Origin: Octopus vulgaris
Lineage: Eukaryota
DNA: 64,000 bases
Assembly (NCBI GenBank): GCA_951406725.2
Contig: OX597814.1
Span: 111,352,001-111,416,000, forward strand
Direction: 5' to 3'
The stretch's first letter is position 1, and each line of letters starts with the position of its first letter. The position numbers and the translations under genes were made by a program. Shown here piece by piece: positions 1-14,255 of the stretch. The notes under the pieces are model-generated. The model was not told the DNA's origin. It made no database searches and worked only from the letters and a program-made list of their open reading frames with translations.

Positions 1-337
1 GGGCTTCACGGAGACAAAGTAGCTGAGATCCTTTTGAGTGTTGGGCCTCATGGAGGTAATGACTGAGACCTTTGGCATTATTGTGTGTTTGAGAAGACCC
101 ATCAAGCCGAGCAAAATTACAGTTGTGGCAGATACCAATGCCATGCAAATGGCACCTGTGCTGGCGGCACATAAAAGCACTCATTACACTACTCTCAGAG
201 TGGTTGGTATTAGGAAGGGCATCCAGTTGTAGAAAACCATGCCAAACCAGACTGGAATCTGGTGCAGCCTTCCAGCTTGCCAGGCCCAGCCGAACTGTCC
301 AACCCATGGACAATGGAGATCAAATTGATGATGATGA
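1..337 (+). mobile_element. SINE-like family A copy (GGAAGGGCATCCAGCTGTAGAAAC core, (ATG)n tail)
   Basis: Core motif and GATGATGATGA tail recur in >20 copies in the window (e.g. 1416-1588, 3140-3465, 8480-8830, 16350-16740, 24493-24880, 26815-27108, 35277-35528, 54105-54410, 60390-60740). Confidence 0.8.
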
Positions 338-3300
338 GTGAGTGTGTTTGTGTGTGTGCCTGTCTTTATAATAGTTTGAAGTCTTCCAATAAGGAACAAG
401 ATGGTTTCTAACAAAGAAACAAAGACAATTTGCTGAAATTTGCATAACAAAACAAAAAACATTACATTTTAAACTTTAATGAAGGCTTGTGTATTTATTA
501 CTGTTCCACTTACTGACTGTATTCATAAAGTGTGTGTTAAGTGGCCACTTTCCTGGTCTGAAAACCCTAACTTTCCAAGATTGTCACTTAAACATTTATT
601 AAGATAGTCAAGTGTACCAATAACCATTAGTATAAATGTGAATTTATAATCAAAGGATAGAAACAAGGTTTGAAGCAGTTGTACATAGCCTCCTTTTTTT
701 TGAGTAACATTCACATCGGTAGATTAGTTAAACTTTATGATTATACAGTTTTTTTTTTTCTCTTTTATGTCCCAAACAATTACAATTAGATCTGTTAAGT
801 TTGCACTTGATAGAAGTTTAAATGAGATTGCTCCACTAATATTCCTTGTGTTGGTATGTATGTATGTATGTGCTGGTGCCATGTGAAAAACACCCAGTCC
901 ACTCTATGAAGTCATTAGCATTAGGAAGATCATCCAGCCATAACAACCACACCAACGCAGACACCAGATGGTGTTGGTACCATGTAAAAGCACCCAGTCT
1001 ACTCTATACAGTAACAGACATTAGAAAGAGCATCCAGCTGTAAAAACCATGCTAAAGCAGACAGTAACTGGCTTGCCATCATCATCATCATCATCATCCA
1101 GTGTTTTAAATCCAGGTTTTGTCCCTGTTAACAGGGGTGGTTGGATCTACTTTAATGCCATAGCAACTGAGGTAGGCAGGTGCAGCCCACCACAACCTTT
1201 GGGCTGGCTGGTGCCCATTCTCCTTTGATTTTTTTGGAGCTAGATTTTCTATAGGGAGCATGCCTTGCTTACCCCCAACCGCAGTTTCTAGAAATGAGTA
1301 GTCCTGAGACCAAGACCTCAACCATGGTTTTTAAGAAATGTGGTGGAAAACTAGTTCAGAAAGACAGGGATAGCCATTGATTGCAAGTCTAATATCTTTC
1401 ACAAAGCTATACCTCTAAAAAGCACGCACTACGCTCTCAGAGTGGTTGGCATTAGGAAGGGCATCCAGCTGTCGGAGTATTGCCAGATCAGATTGGAGCC
1501 TGGTGCAGCTGCTGGCTTTCCAGACCTCAGTCAAACCGTTCAACCCAAGCCAGCATGGAAAGTGGATGTTAAATGATGATGATGATGAAAATTGTGACAA
1601 TTGACATCTGCATGCATTCACCTCTGACATTTCTAAGTTGTTGTCAACCATAAGAAATAACTACCGTATCATTAGTCATTGTTAGTCAACAAGAAACCAT
1701 CCTCAGAAATAAAAAATCCAACAACCATTCTGTCTTTAAAAACGCGTGCAAAACTTTCAAGATCCAAACCTTAAAATAGCATGTTTTGAATAGAGAGAGA
1801 GAGAGATGAACATAATTATAACACAGCTCATAGATAGAAGTCTAACCCTACTGATATGCTGGGTACCTGTTATCTACATATCTGGAGGTGATGAAACTGG
1901 TGGTTTCTATGCCAGCAATGCGTTCAGGTTGAGCTGACAAAGGCTCAATGACATTTTGCTCTCTCTCTCTCTCTATTCCATCTCTAATCTGCAGGAGATT
2001 AATCACAGTGTTACAATAACATGACTCACACTCACTGTTGACATTATCTATATATCTACACAGTTATTCAGTTTTTATGATAGAGATCTTGATCTTTAAA
2101 ACCTATCCAAGTTAGAAATATCTTTGCCTCTGCCACCCCAGGTTACATGTAGCAGAAAACTGCACTGAGGTCAACTGTATTGGTTAACATTGTAAGCCTG
2201 TTTTTTTATTGCTCATTGTATTTTATACACACACACACACACACACATACCATCATCATCATCGTTTACTGTCCATTTTCCATGCTGGCATGGGTTGGAC
2301 AGTTTGACTGAGGACTGGCGAACCAGAAAGGTGCACCAGGCTCCAATCTGATCTGGCAGAGTTTCTACAGCTGGATGTCCTTCCTTAACACCAGCTATCC
2401 CGAGTGTGTAGTGGGTGCTTTTATGTGCCACCTGCACGAAAGTCAGTCCGGTGGCACTGGCAACAACCACACTCGAATGTTGTTTTTCACGTGCCACCAG
2501 CATGAGCACCTTCAATGTTATTGCATCATCATTTTAATATTCACTTTTCCACGCTTACTTAGATCAGATGGAATTTGTTGAGGCAGACTTTCTAAGCCAG
2601 ACGCCCTTCCTGCCATCAACCTCCATCTGTTTCCAAGTAAGGTAATAATTTCCCCCATGGCGGGACAATATTTTTGCAGACTGAAAACCAATGACATAAC
2701 TTGTATGATGGTCACACTAATGTCAAGACAAAGAGACCGCACACACATGGCTTCTTTCTCCATCTATGAAATCCATTCACAAGGTTTTGGTTAACACAAT
2801 AGACACTTGCTCAAAGTGCCATGTATATACATAAGCATCATTATTTGATGTCCGTTTTTCCAGCTGGCATGGATTGGACAGTTTGACAAGAACAGACGAG
2901 TTAGAGTGCTCTCCTATGCTCTGTATCAATTTTGGTAAGGTTTCTACAGCTGCAAGATCTTCTTAATGCCAACCATTTAACAGAGTATACTGGGTGCTTT
3001 TTATATGACACTAGCACTTGTGAGACAACCAATTACCTGCAAGATAAAATCCCTCAACTGAGAGGGGTACGGATTGGAGGAATAAGAATCTCTGATAGAG
3101 AAAGAGAGAGGAGCAGGTATCTTGCTGAAGCGGTGAAAACTTGGCATGCCTGCCAGTGGCACATAAAATGCACCATTCAAGTGTGATTGTTGTTAGTGCC
3201 AGCTGACTGGCTCCCATGCTGGTGGCACGTAAAAAGCACCATTCAAGCCTGGTTGATGCCAGTACCGCCTGACTGGCCCTCATGCCAGTGGCATGTATAA

Positions 3301-3669
3301 AGCACCCACTACACTCTCAGAGTGGTTGGCGATAGAAAGGGCATCCAGCTGTAGAAACTTTACCAGATCGGATTGGAGCTTAGTGCAGCCTTCTGGCTTG
3401 CCAGCCCTAAGTCAAACTGTCCAACCCATGCCAGCATGGAAAGCGAACGTTAAATGACGATGACAACAATATATATATCATCATCATTGTTTAACGTCTG
3501 CCTTCCATGCTGGCATGGGTTGGACAGTTTGACATGGAGCTGGCCAGACTCCAAGTGTCTGTTGGAATCTGGACTCCAATTATGTACAACTTCATAAAGC
3601 AAAATAACATGAAATAAACGTTTTTATAACACCACAAAACAGGAAATAGAAGCCAAAATATTACATTAC

Positions 3670-3822
3670 CTTCTGAGAAGGTGATTTCTTTTCGGACATG
3701 TCTTGCATCCAAAACACTACAATATTTATTATAGAAGGCATGCAGACAGCTTTCAGGTATCTCTGTCAAGTATCCAGAGAATTTCCAAAAGTATGAGAAA
3801 TAATCAAAAAAATATTTTGCAT
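3670..3822 (-). other. Candidate spliced exon of an unidentified host gene (153 nt)
   Basis: Acceptor tttctctttctcctttcAG, donor AAG|gtaatg. One frame is fully open (AKYFFDYFSY...KEITFSE); another ends MPSIINIVVFWMQDMSEKKSPSQK at phase 0. Confidence 0.5.
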
Positions 3823-4431
3823 CTGAAAGGAGAAAGAGAAATACTCGTTAAAAAATGTATGGGCTATAAAAGAATTTTAAGTTTTCAACAACAGAACTGC
3901 ATGAAATACTCAAATGTTTAACTTCAAATGGAAATGATTTTATTGTTTTACTTGTCATGCTGGAGTACCACCTTTAGTTGAATAAATCAACCCCAGGACT
4001 TCTCCTTTGTAAGCCTAGTACTTATTCTATCAGTCTGTTTTGCCGAACCGCTAAGTTACGGGGATGTAAATGCACCAGCATTGGTTGTCAAGCTATGGTG
4101 GGGGGACAAACACAGACACACCAACACACACACATATATATATACGGCAAATAAGAAAGTGGAGAGGATACAAAATCGACAGACATCAGCCGGTAAACAT
4201 TGTAGTATGTCTATTTATTCCAATGTATTAGATGAATACATACATGTATTAGTTTAACCTACACAAGTTAGCGTGTAAAAAATCAAATAGGAATTTTGAA
4301 AGAAGTATCAATGAACTAGCTTTTACACATTGAATGGCTATGAGGATCCACCAGAATTTAATAGGGATGAAAGGGGTCCTTAGATAAAAAAAAAAAAATT
4401 TTTTTAAACGGTTGAGAACTATTTGTTTACA

Positions 4432-4801
4432 AGTGGTTGTGGTGAGTAGCTTGCTTACCAACCACATGGTTCCAGGTTCAGTCCCACTGCATGGCACCTT
4501 GAGCAAGTGCCTTGTACTATAGTCGTGGGCCGACCAAAACCTTGAGAGTGGATTTGGTAGATGCAAACTGAAAGAAGCCTGTCGTGTGTGTGTGTGTGTG
4601 TGTTTGTGTGCCTGTCCCCCCAAACATCACTTGACAACCAATATTGGTGCATTTATGCCCCCATAACTTAGAAGTTCGGCAAAAGAGACTGATAGAATAA
4701 GTACAAGGCTTACAAAGAATAAGTCCTGGAGTTGCTTTGTTCAATTAAAGGCAGTGCTCCAGCATGGCTGCAGTCAAATGACTGAAACAAACAAAAGAAT
4801 A
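4432..4801 (+). mobile_element. tRNA-derived SINE family B (CORE-like segment, LINE-type 3' tail)
   Basis: B-box-like GGTTCAGTCCC, TGGCACCTTGAGCAAGTG segment, internal (GT)n, tail GGCAGTGCTCCAGCATGGCTGCAGTCAAATGACTGAAAC. Other copies at 14505-14880, 19046-19430, 25776-26153, 31485-31880, 60960-61300. Confidence 0.85.
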
Positions 4802-7800
4802 CACTTCAAATCTAATAGCTACAGAGAAGTGGAACTACCCTCAATATATAACGAATGCCTCGTTATGTTTGAGGCATTATTACACCTGTCTCTGACTATG
4901 AACTTGAAAATGTTTATCATTAACTGAGTTATTAATGTTTCGAGTGTAGAGTGGTGGGGGGAGTGGCTAATAGTGTGAGATAGCAACACTGAAGTGATGT
5001 GAGAATGAGAACACTGAAAAGTTGATTAGCTTGGAGATACATAATTTCAATAAGTAGTATTTGATCTAGATCGCAGACATGGACATCAAGATTATAACAT
5101 ACTACTACTACTACAACAACACAGAAAGACAATAACAATTTGAAACCAGAAAATAATTTGATTTATAAATGGAAAAAAAAAAATTACTGACAGTTATGAA
5201 TAGTACCAATTAACAAATCGAAAACAAACAAAAACAAAAAAAATATCTGAAAATAGACGAAAGAAAGGAAGGAAGTGAGAGAGAGAGAGAGAGTGAGAAA
5301 GAGAGAATGGGGGCAAAGAGACAGTAAAGAAAAGAAAAAAAGAACATAATAATAGAGGAAGAGAGAGGAAGGGGGAGCAAAAGTTGATTCAAGACAATCC
5401 TACAACAGCTTAGAGGATCAGTGACTAGGTCATAAATATAGAAAGAGACAAATTGATATATATATATATATAATATTATGAAGTAATAATAAAAGTTAGT
5501 AGCTGTAGTTTAGCTCCAAGTCAACCCTGATAGATCGGATGGTGTTTCAGCCATGGCCATCCAGTTTTTTTTGTTTTTTTAAAAATTCTTTTAGTCCTAG
5601 CACTGTAGTATCCTTTGAGTGTTTTCTTTTTTAAAGACAATAGGTATATTCTGAAAGGGATTTTGCTGCTGTTTCTAGCAGGCTGAGCAAATACTATTAA
5701 CTGCCAAACTGCAACTATTTTAGTACCAACCACATTGGCCAAAACACCTAATTGGTATTCTTTTAATCAATATTAAAACAATTAAGGATAAACACTGAGC
5801 TTAGTTTACTAAATCTATTAACTGTTGAGCCATCCAGTAAGGCTACATGGTCGCTTTACACAGACATGGGGCAGCGGAAAGAAATAGCAGCCAAATTCCC
5901 CTCAATTCACACTCAACTGTTCCTAAAGAAATAATAAAAAGTTGAAGGTCATATTGGATGATATAATCTTGGATTCACTACCCGAAGAGAATACTTGAAA
6001 TGGTCATTACTGGAATGTATTTGATCAAAGGTCATAACTGTCTAGCACTGAAATACTACGACTATTTTCACTATTAATTGCATACTCTGATGAAGAGGTT
6101 AGGGTAGAGAAAGACATTGAACTAACTCCAGCATGGTGTGGAGAGTAAAAAAAACTCAGACTGCTAACAGTCGCAGAAACCAAACAGAAACTTAATGGGT
6201 GTATCAAAACTAACTGTAACATTAGGGCTTGCAGGAACTCATCTAGAAGCAATACACACATGGAAAAAGATGTCATTACACTATACAACTGTATCTAGAA
6301 GTTGAAAAAAAGGATTGAAATTCTGAGCTTCACTTGCATTTCTTTTATGCCAATTAATTTACACAGATTATCTAAAGCTCAATAACTTGTGTGTGTGTGC
6401 GTGCGTGCACCTTGCTGAATGGTTAAGAAGTTTGCTTCCTAATCGTGGTCTTAGGTTCAGTCCTGTTGTGCTGGCACCTTGAGACAAGCGTCTTCTACAA
6501 AAGCTCTGGGCTGACCAAAGCCTCGAATGGATTAGGTAGATGGAAACTGAAAGAAGCCAATCACACACACACAGCAATGTATACTAGGAGACAAACGTAC
6601 AATGTTCATGTTTGACATTCTACAATTAAGAGACTAGAGTATTGCACAAAAAAAAAAAAAAACTAATAAAAAGAAATGCCCAGGAGATTTGCTATATAGT
6701 CAGGAGTTAGTTTATGCAGCAGTTAATATTCAAAGAATGCTACACTGCTAGAAACAATTGACAGGAGATAAATTATGCTCATTACCAAAATAGAAAAAAC
6801 AAGCAGACAGTTTGAGCTAAAAAGGGAACCTCTATAAAGTCACTCGACTGCTAGAAGTAGCAAATCCATTGCTTGATTTAACACCTGGCCTACCACTGAC
6901 TGACTATTTAAGTCCACTCTGTTGCAAGCATTCAGACCAAGTCTCCAGTTTCAGGATAATCTATCAACTGGGGCTTCTACTTTTTACTTGACCAGTCTTA
7001 GGTTCATAGGTGTGGTCCTTCCTCCTTTTGCTAGGCCCAAACAAAACTTCTACAATCTTAAAAAAAAAGGGGGCCTATTAGACAATGTAGTCCTAGATAC
7101 ACCATGGCTGAAAGAAGAAAGAAAAACAAAAAAGAACAAGCAACAAAAGACAGTACTAATGCAATTAGAACACTTTCAATCAAAGGTTTGCCCCATCAGA
7201 ATTGACTTGAAACGAAACTAATATTAAACAGTTGAAAACATTTACAACCATTGCATAATGTCTAGACACGGGTAGATACAACACACGCATTTATATACGT
7301 GTGTTTGTGTTCACATACACAATGGGATTTTTTCAGTTTCCATCAACCAAATCCATTTACATAGCCTGGGGCTATAGCAAGCACTTGCCTAAGGTGCCAT
7401 GCAGTGGGACTAAATTTGACAGCCCCATGGCTGGAAGCTTTTCAACCACACACTCACACCTGCTGAGTAAATAAATAAACATACTCAAAATGACATTCGT
7501 TTGAATTAGAGCTGTATAAACATCAACATCATTTCAACAACTTCTATTAACAACAAATCATAAATCCTTGCACATAATACAAAAAACTACCAACTTGAAA
7601 CTGAGCTGGCAAAAAGCTAATATCAATAGACAATGATGATGTTTTACAATAAAATAACTCATTGATTAAGGCAGTGAAGAGTGACTACATTAACAATTTC
7701 AGTAGAAGAAACAGTGGAATCTATCTTAATCATAAGCCTACCAATGTGAACACCAGCAGACATATTACATTATATATGTGGACGTATGTGGTATGCACAT

Positions 7801-7848
7801 ATGTAAATATTGCACTGACATCTCACAGTTTGGAAGTCAATGGTGATG

Positions 7849-8076
7849 TTAATCCTTCAGCATTCAGATTACTTTGTCTAACATAATGCTTTTTTTATTC
7901 ACATTGTTTTGAATTATTCATGCATTATCTCAAAGCTTTGAGACTTCAATGATGTGATTGGTTATTTCTAGAATGGCACTGGAAGTTAAGTGTAAGAGTT
8001 CAGATCTGGCCCATCTGAAGATAAAACAGGTAGAATATTTGGGCCAGATATGGCCAGTTTAAATGCTAAAAAGTTA
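7849..8076. mobile_element. TTAA-flanked piggyBac-like MITE
   Basis: TTAATCCTTCAGCATT...AATGCTAAAAGTTAA termini; homologous copies at about 9677-9860 and 62873-63050. Confidence 0.65.
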
Positions 8077-9299
8077 AACATTATTTTAGTATCTCTGACT
8101 TTTTCAAACTGGCTCTAAGTGTAAACTGAAGTGAGTTGTCGGGTTTCCATTTTTTCCTGCCCATTTCTTTTGTTTTAGGTACCTCATCCTTGGTAATTTA
8201 GCCATTTCTCATTAGTCATCTATCATCTCCCAGCTGTATCAATCTCAGTCAATATTGGGTGTCATTTGCAAATGTTTTTAAAGAGCCCCAACAGAAAATC
8301 ACTTTTGTGGATTTCTCAGCCTCTCCATTTACATCAGAGCTTGTTAAGGTGCAGCAGTTGGTCTACTAACCAAGCCATAGCAGATGACTTTGTTACTTTT
8401 AGAATTAATATAAAGAGGGAACATGTTCCTTATAATAGGTATGTGTTGGTGAATACCAAACTACTGGATATAATATAATGCAGGCTGGTGTCACGTAAAA
8501 AACCCCTGTGCTGGTGTCACATATAAAGCACCCAGTACACTCTGTAGAGTGTTTGGTGTCATGAAAGGTATCCAGCTGTAGAAACCATGCCAAAATAGAC
8601 AATTGGAGCCTGGTGCTGACCTTGGTATGTCAGCTCCCATATCAAACTGTCAAATCCATGCCAGCATGGAAAACAGACACTCGAAGTGGTTGGTGTTAGG
8701 AAAGGCATTCAGTTGTAGGAACCACGCCAAATCAGACTGGAGTCTGGTGCAACCCCTCAGTTTACCAGCCCTGGTCAAACCATCCAACCCATGCCAACAA
8801 GGACAATGGACAGGACACGAAACAATGATGTAAAAATTAAAGAAAGCAGTTTTCAAATTACATCTACTCTTTAAAGGCTTCACACAGTTTCATTCTGGTG
8901 TCTTGAGTTAAATGGGCGTTGGTCTATAATTAATACACACACACACACCCAACATATGCTTTACATAATGCATTAATTAGTCCAGGCTCTAGTTGAAGGT
9001 GATCTACACATACACACAATATACATGTATAACCATTTCAACAGAGGGGGGGGGGCTGAACTTTGAACCTCCAGTCAAATGGTTCTATTGATGATAAACA
9101 GTGTCTCTGTGGAAACGAACAAAGCATTTTTCTTGAACACCAGTTGTGAAATATCTGCAGCACATAGTATATGCACACATCTCAATCCAAACACATGGTG
9201 GACCCATTCCTGAGAGTCACTGCAACAGATCAAGGTGCCGTTCAAGAATTTGGACCTGGAGATCTCCATTTCCAGTGACTTCGAGGGCCACCACCCAGT

Positions 9300-9680
9300 G
9301 GAGTCGCGTGTCAACGAAGAGCCCTCGACTAAAAGACGACCAAAATTTTTTTTTCCCCAAGACCATCACCTAATCACCCTTACCCGTCTTGTTGCTTAAC
9401 AACAACAGATCAAGGTCATCATATTTGTGGATTCTGACCACTTCCAACTGTATTTTCTATCACTGGACTATCATGGGACAGATTTTGTACCACAGTTAAC
9501 AAGCATATAGTATAGCTAGCATTTTGAGGTTGGAGATAAAACTGTGCCCTCCAAGCAACCCAATTCAACCATGTGATCAACTGGATGTTAGTAGCTCCAG
9601 CTGAGAGTCAGAGTTCTTCTAGACCAGGATACAACAGTCAGGCATTGACCACACTGACAATATTGTTGTCTTCAGTTTAA
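9300..9680 (+). pseudogene. Highly degraded RTE-like reverse transcriptase fragment
   Basis: FNHVINWML followed by a degenerate (L)DH(A)D(D)IVVF-like segment near 9645-9673. Confidence 0.35.
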
Positions 9681-10839
9681 ACCTTTAGCATTAATTATGT
9701 ATTCACATTGTTTTTAATTAACCATGCATTTCCTTGTAGTTTTGAGATTTTAATGAGGTGATTGTTTATTTTTGGAATTATACTGTAGGGTAGGTGTGAG
9801 AGGCTGAATATGGCCACTTTGAACATAAAACAGGTAGAATATTTTGGCCAGATGTAGCTGGTGGGTATATTTGGGTCAGGTATGGCCCAGTGGTTAGCAT
9901 GTTGCACTCATGATCATTAAAATCATGGTTTTAATTCCCTGACCAGGTAGGGTGTTGTGTTTCTGAGCAAAACACTGTATTAGTAATCCTGCAATGGGCT
10001 ATTGAGTGGGGTGTGTTGTAATCTCAATCACTTTTATGCTTGGCCGCGAGTCCTGGGGCTCATAACAGATCAAAGTGAATTAAGATCATGCTTGATGAAC
10101 TCAAGGGTACCTTCAAAGCAATACAACCAAAGACAATATTTTTTCAGGACGGTGTAAATATCCAGCTATAAAAGATGGATATATCTTTATTTGGAATAAT
10201 CTTTGATACCTATTGGTTAATCATAGCAACATAGCTCCTAAAGTGACCAAAGACTCTTCTATAGTCTTGAAGAGCAAACGAGCCATGCAGAAAAAACTTG
10301 TGTTCCAAATAGTTTTCTACAGCAGTGAGACTGAAGATCAACATTGCCAGAGATTTGACAACTGGTATTGAAGAAGTAAACACTATCACATTAACCACAT
10401 ACATGTGTGTGTGTGAGATCACTAGACCTGCTGCTATGTGAATTTGAAGTCCTTTGTGTTAAGAATGTATCATGGCTGCAGGTCACCACTGATCAGAGAA
10501 CCTATGTATTGACTGATAAAACAGACAGGTTCTCAAATTTGTCATTTATACATGACAGTTTATAAATAGTTGTTTGAGGTGCAAGAATCAGCTAAAACTG
10601 CAAAGAGAATGCAGCACCAAGTTCAAAATAATAATAATAATAATAATAATTTCAAATTTCAGCACAAGGCCAGCAATTTCAGGGTAAGGGATAAGTTAGT
10701 TACATTAACCCTGAAAGGATGAAAGACAAAGTCGACCTTGGTGTAATTTGAACACAGAATGTAAAGGTGGATAAAATGCAGCTAAGTTTTTGCCCAGTGT
10801 GCCAATGATGCTGCCAGCTTGTCTTATTATTATTATTGG

Positions 10840-11228
10840 TACACCCATGTTGGTGGCACATAAAAAGCAAGTACCATTCAAGTATGACCAATCCCAGTGC
10901 CGCCTGACTGGCACCTGTGCTGATGGCATGTAAAAATCACCATTCAAGCGTAACCAATACCAGGGCCATCTGACTGGCACCTGTGCTGGTGGCATGTAAA
11001 AACCACCATTTAAGCAGAGTTGATACCAGTTCCACCTGACTGGCTCCCGTGCTGGTGGCACATAAAAAGCACCCACTACACTCTCGGAGTGGTTGGTGTT
11101 AGGAAGGGCATCCAGCTGTAGAAACCATGCCAAATCAGACTGGAGCCTGGTGCAGCCTGCCAGTCCTCAGTAAAACTGTCCAACCCATGCCAGCATAGAA
11201 AGCAGATGTTAAACGACGACGATGATGC
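10840..11228 (+). mobile_element. SINE-like family A copy with about 4 internal ~60-bp tandem units
   Basis: Repeated GCTGGTGGCATGTAAAAA(G)CACCATTCAAG...TGACTGGC units precede the core and the GACGACGATGATG tail. Confidence 0.8.
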
Positions 11229-11899
11229 CACCAGTACTCTCATCGTCATCAACATCATCATGCTTAGTGGTATTTCTTCTGCTTCTTTATGTTCAGAATT
11301 CAAATGTCACTAAAAGTTGACTGTGCCTTTTATTCTTTCAAGGTTGATAAACTAAGTCCCAGCTGAGCACTGGGATTGATGTATCCGACAAGCCCTTTGC
11401 CCTGAAATTTCAGGCTTTGTGCCTATAGTAGTAAGGATTCTCATCACCATTTTTATTATCACTATTAAGGCAGTGAGTTGGCAGGATCATTAGTGTGTCA
11501 AATAATAAGCAGAGCAGCATTTCTTCTGGCTTTTTATATTCCGAGTTCAAATCTTGCCATGGTCAACTTTGCTTTTCATCCATCCATGTCAATAAAATAA
11601 ATACCTGTCAGCACTGGGGTTGATGGAATCAACTTCCTTTCCCATTAAAATTGCTGGCCTTATACCAAAACTTGAAGGAATTATTATTCATTCATTGATT
11701 ATTGTTACTCAATAATATAGTGAAATTACAAATAATGATTTTTGCTTGCAACTATTACCCTATAATTGTTTAATTATAGAGTTACTCACTAGTCAGAGCC
11801 ACAAATATCAACATGAGCCAACATTACTAGAATGTACAGTGTATTTTTATAATGTAAACATAAAAATGAAATATAAAATAAGAGAGAAATGTGCCATCT

Positions 11900-12068
11900 T
11901 ATCAACATACCAGTCGATAAAACAAGACACAATGGCCAACCTTATCAAGGACTTTGAAGTGACTGGTTCAGTTGAAGATTTAGAAAGACATGGAAGACCA
12001 AGATCCATCTGTACCAAAGAAAACAAACAAGTTGTTGAAGCTACTTCTATAAAAATCCATCAGGTTTT
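11900..12068 (+). pseudogene. Tc1/mariner-type transposase N-terminal fragment
   Basis: LIKDFEVTGSVEDLERHGRPRSICTKEN matches the FxxTGSVxDxxRxGRP motif of Tc1/mariner DNA-binding domains. Confidence 0.6.
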
Positions 12069-12121
12069 CTAAACAAACAAACAAACAAAAAAAATGAAAA
12101 TGTAAAATGTATATATATATA

Positions 12122-12656
12122 CAAGAGTGAGTCAAAACGTAATGCCATTTCGTTTACCAACACAGGAACATATATCATACATCAAAATGAAGCTGGTCCT
12201 CTCTGGATCACATCCCTACTTCTCAACATAGTCACTGTTTCTCTCAATAGCAATATTCCACCTTTGAATGAGAGCATGTATCCCTGCCCCGTAAAATTCT
12301 GTTGACTGTTCCTTGAGCCACGTCTTCACTATAGTTTTCACTTCCTTGTTACTGGAATAATGTTTGCCTCTCAAACCCTCTTTCATGGGGCCAAAGAGAT
12401 GATAGTCCAGTAACAAGGAAGTGAAAACTGTAATGAAGAAGTGGCTCAAAGAACAGTCAACAGAATTTTATGAGGTAGGGATACATGCTCTCATTCAAAG
12501 GTGGAACATTGATATTAAGAGAAACGGTGACTATGTTGAGAAGTAGGGATGTGACCCCACAGAGAACCAGCTTCATTTTGATGTATGATACATGTTCCTG
12601 TGTTGGTAATTATACCTCTCCTAAACAAAATGGCATTACTTTTTGACTCACCCTCG
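12122..12656. mobile_element. Palindromic mariner derivative made of two inverted 3' ends
   Basis: TA flanks; TIR CAAGAGTGAGTCAAAACGTAATGCCATTT / AAATGGCATTACTTTTTGACTCACCCTCG; minus strand reads DYHLFGPMKEGLRGKHY...LIQRWNIAIERNSDYVEK* and the mirror arm repeats it on plus. Confidence 0.9.
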
Positions 12657-13631
12657 TATCTCTATATCTATATAGATATAAAAAAAAGAGGCATTTCATG
12701 AACATCTATTTTGTTGATATTTCATGAGGTGAGGGTGGATGTTGCAGCGAGCGTTGCTGGTCATTCTCTGCAGAAATGCTTTTGCAATCATGTCCAAAAG
12801 GTGCAGCTAAAGACATCATTTGTCTGGGGTGTACAACCTCTCCACCACTACCTTCTGCTGTTTAATTCCCACCTCCATTTTTTTTCTTTTTCTTAGTTTC
12901 CTTAGGGAGATACAAGTTTTTTTTTTCTGGATAATTTCATCTTTTATACCTTTTGTGTTTTTTTTTTCTTTTCATTCATGAGACCAACTTAAAAATTCTA
13001 TCAACTTCATTATTGTGAATGAAAGTGATCTCAATGAAACATTGAAGTCGTGACCAGACATGAAAACATAAAACTTGCAGGGGAGACCCAGCTGAAAAGT
13101 GTCTTTTGAACTAAAGAAAAGTTAATTGTACAGCACAAATTAAGGGACAAGTGAAAATCCAAGACGAAATTGTCAAAAAATATCATTGTCCAGTATTGTA
13201 GTTACTGTCCTGAAGGTGAATTCTGTTTCAGGTGAATTACTCAACTCTGATACAATAATCAAGTCTTGCTGTATCTAACGAGACGAAGATAAAATATATT
13301 TGTAACATAAAGGGGTACCAGCTTATTACAGTAGTAGCTTTAAACACAATAAGTTAGATCAGTATACGTGTTAACAATGAGCAGTATATTGCTGACAAGC
13401 TGAGTAACCTGCTCAGTTTTTGATTGCCCACATGCAGAAAGTAAATCAAAATGTTTTCATTTAGGGACAGAGCAACGTCTGCTCTTGAAACTAAAAAAAT
13501 CTAAAGACAGCAGAGGAGTAATGAAATGAGTCAAAGAGGGAGAGAACTGGAGATAAAAACATGATTAGAGAGAGAGAGAGAGAGAGAGATAAAAGTGGAA
13601 AAAGAAACTTTAAAAATAATAGAAAACTTAC

Positions 13632-13655
13632 TGTTCATTGAGTTACAAATTTTAT
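13632..13655 (-). other. Candidate 24-nt microexon
   Basis: Acceptor tttttgttcccaaaccatgtttctgttgtcactAG, donor ACA|gtaagt; length divisible by 3. Confidence 0.3.
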
Positions 13656-14255
13656 CTAGTGACAACAGAAACATGGTTTGGGAACAAAAATATAGATTTT
13701 TAGAGAACTAACTAAAGATGACAATTATTGAAGGGTTAATTAATTACATATATCAGAGGTGGGGAAACCCCTGCCTGCGACCCCATTTTATTGCACTCGC
13801 AGGCTTGTATACTCGTACCTACAAAATATATAAATTTTTCAATTATAAAATTTATACAATATTCCTATGCCTATTTTCGACATAAAAGACTCGAACGGAA
13901 AATCATCCGGTAATTGCCATTTGAATGGAAATTTTGCTTTCACTATAAAACACATACTACCAGGTTTGTACCACCCCCTTGAGACCCAACTACATTAGCT
14001 GAAAGAAATAGAATACTTCATAAGTAATATAAACATCCTAAATTCAGTGGCGGCATTAATGGAGATGTTATGCGTTAATTTAATTTGTTAAACATATCTT
14101 TATTAATGTATACTGAATTATACATAGATATATACAAGATTTACACAGATACAGGAGTCAGAACTTGTGATCTGCCCAAGGACCTTTTCTTTGCAAATTT
14201 TTGCCTGCTGCACTAAAAAATTTCCCCATGACAGACATATGTGGGGCAACACCCC

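Noticed and set aside
514-557. Next coding exon after 3670-3822
   Set aside because: Good donor but weak acceptor, and both compatible frames hit a stop.
10840-11075. CRISPR-like regular repeats
   Set aside because: Tandem units without unique spacers, inside a dispersed eukaryotic repeat; no cas genes.
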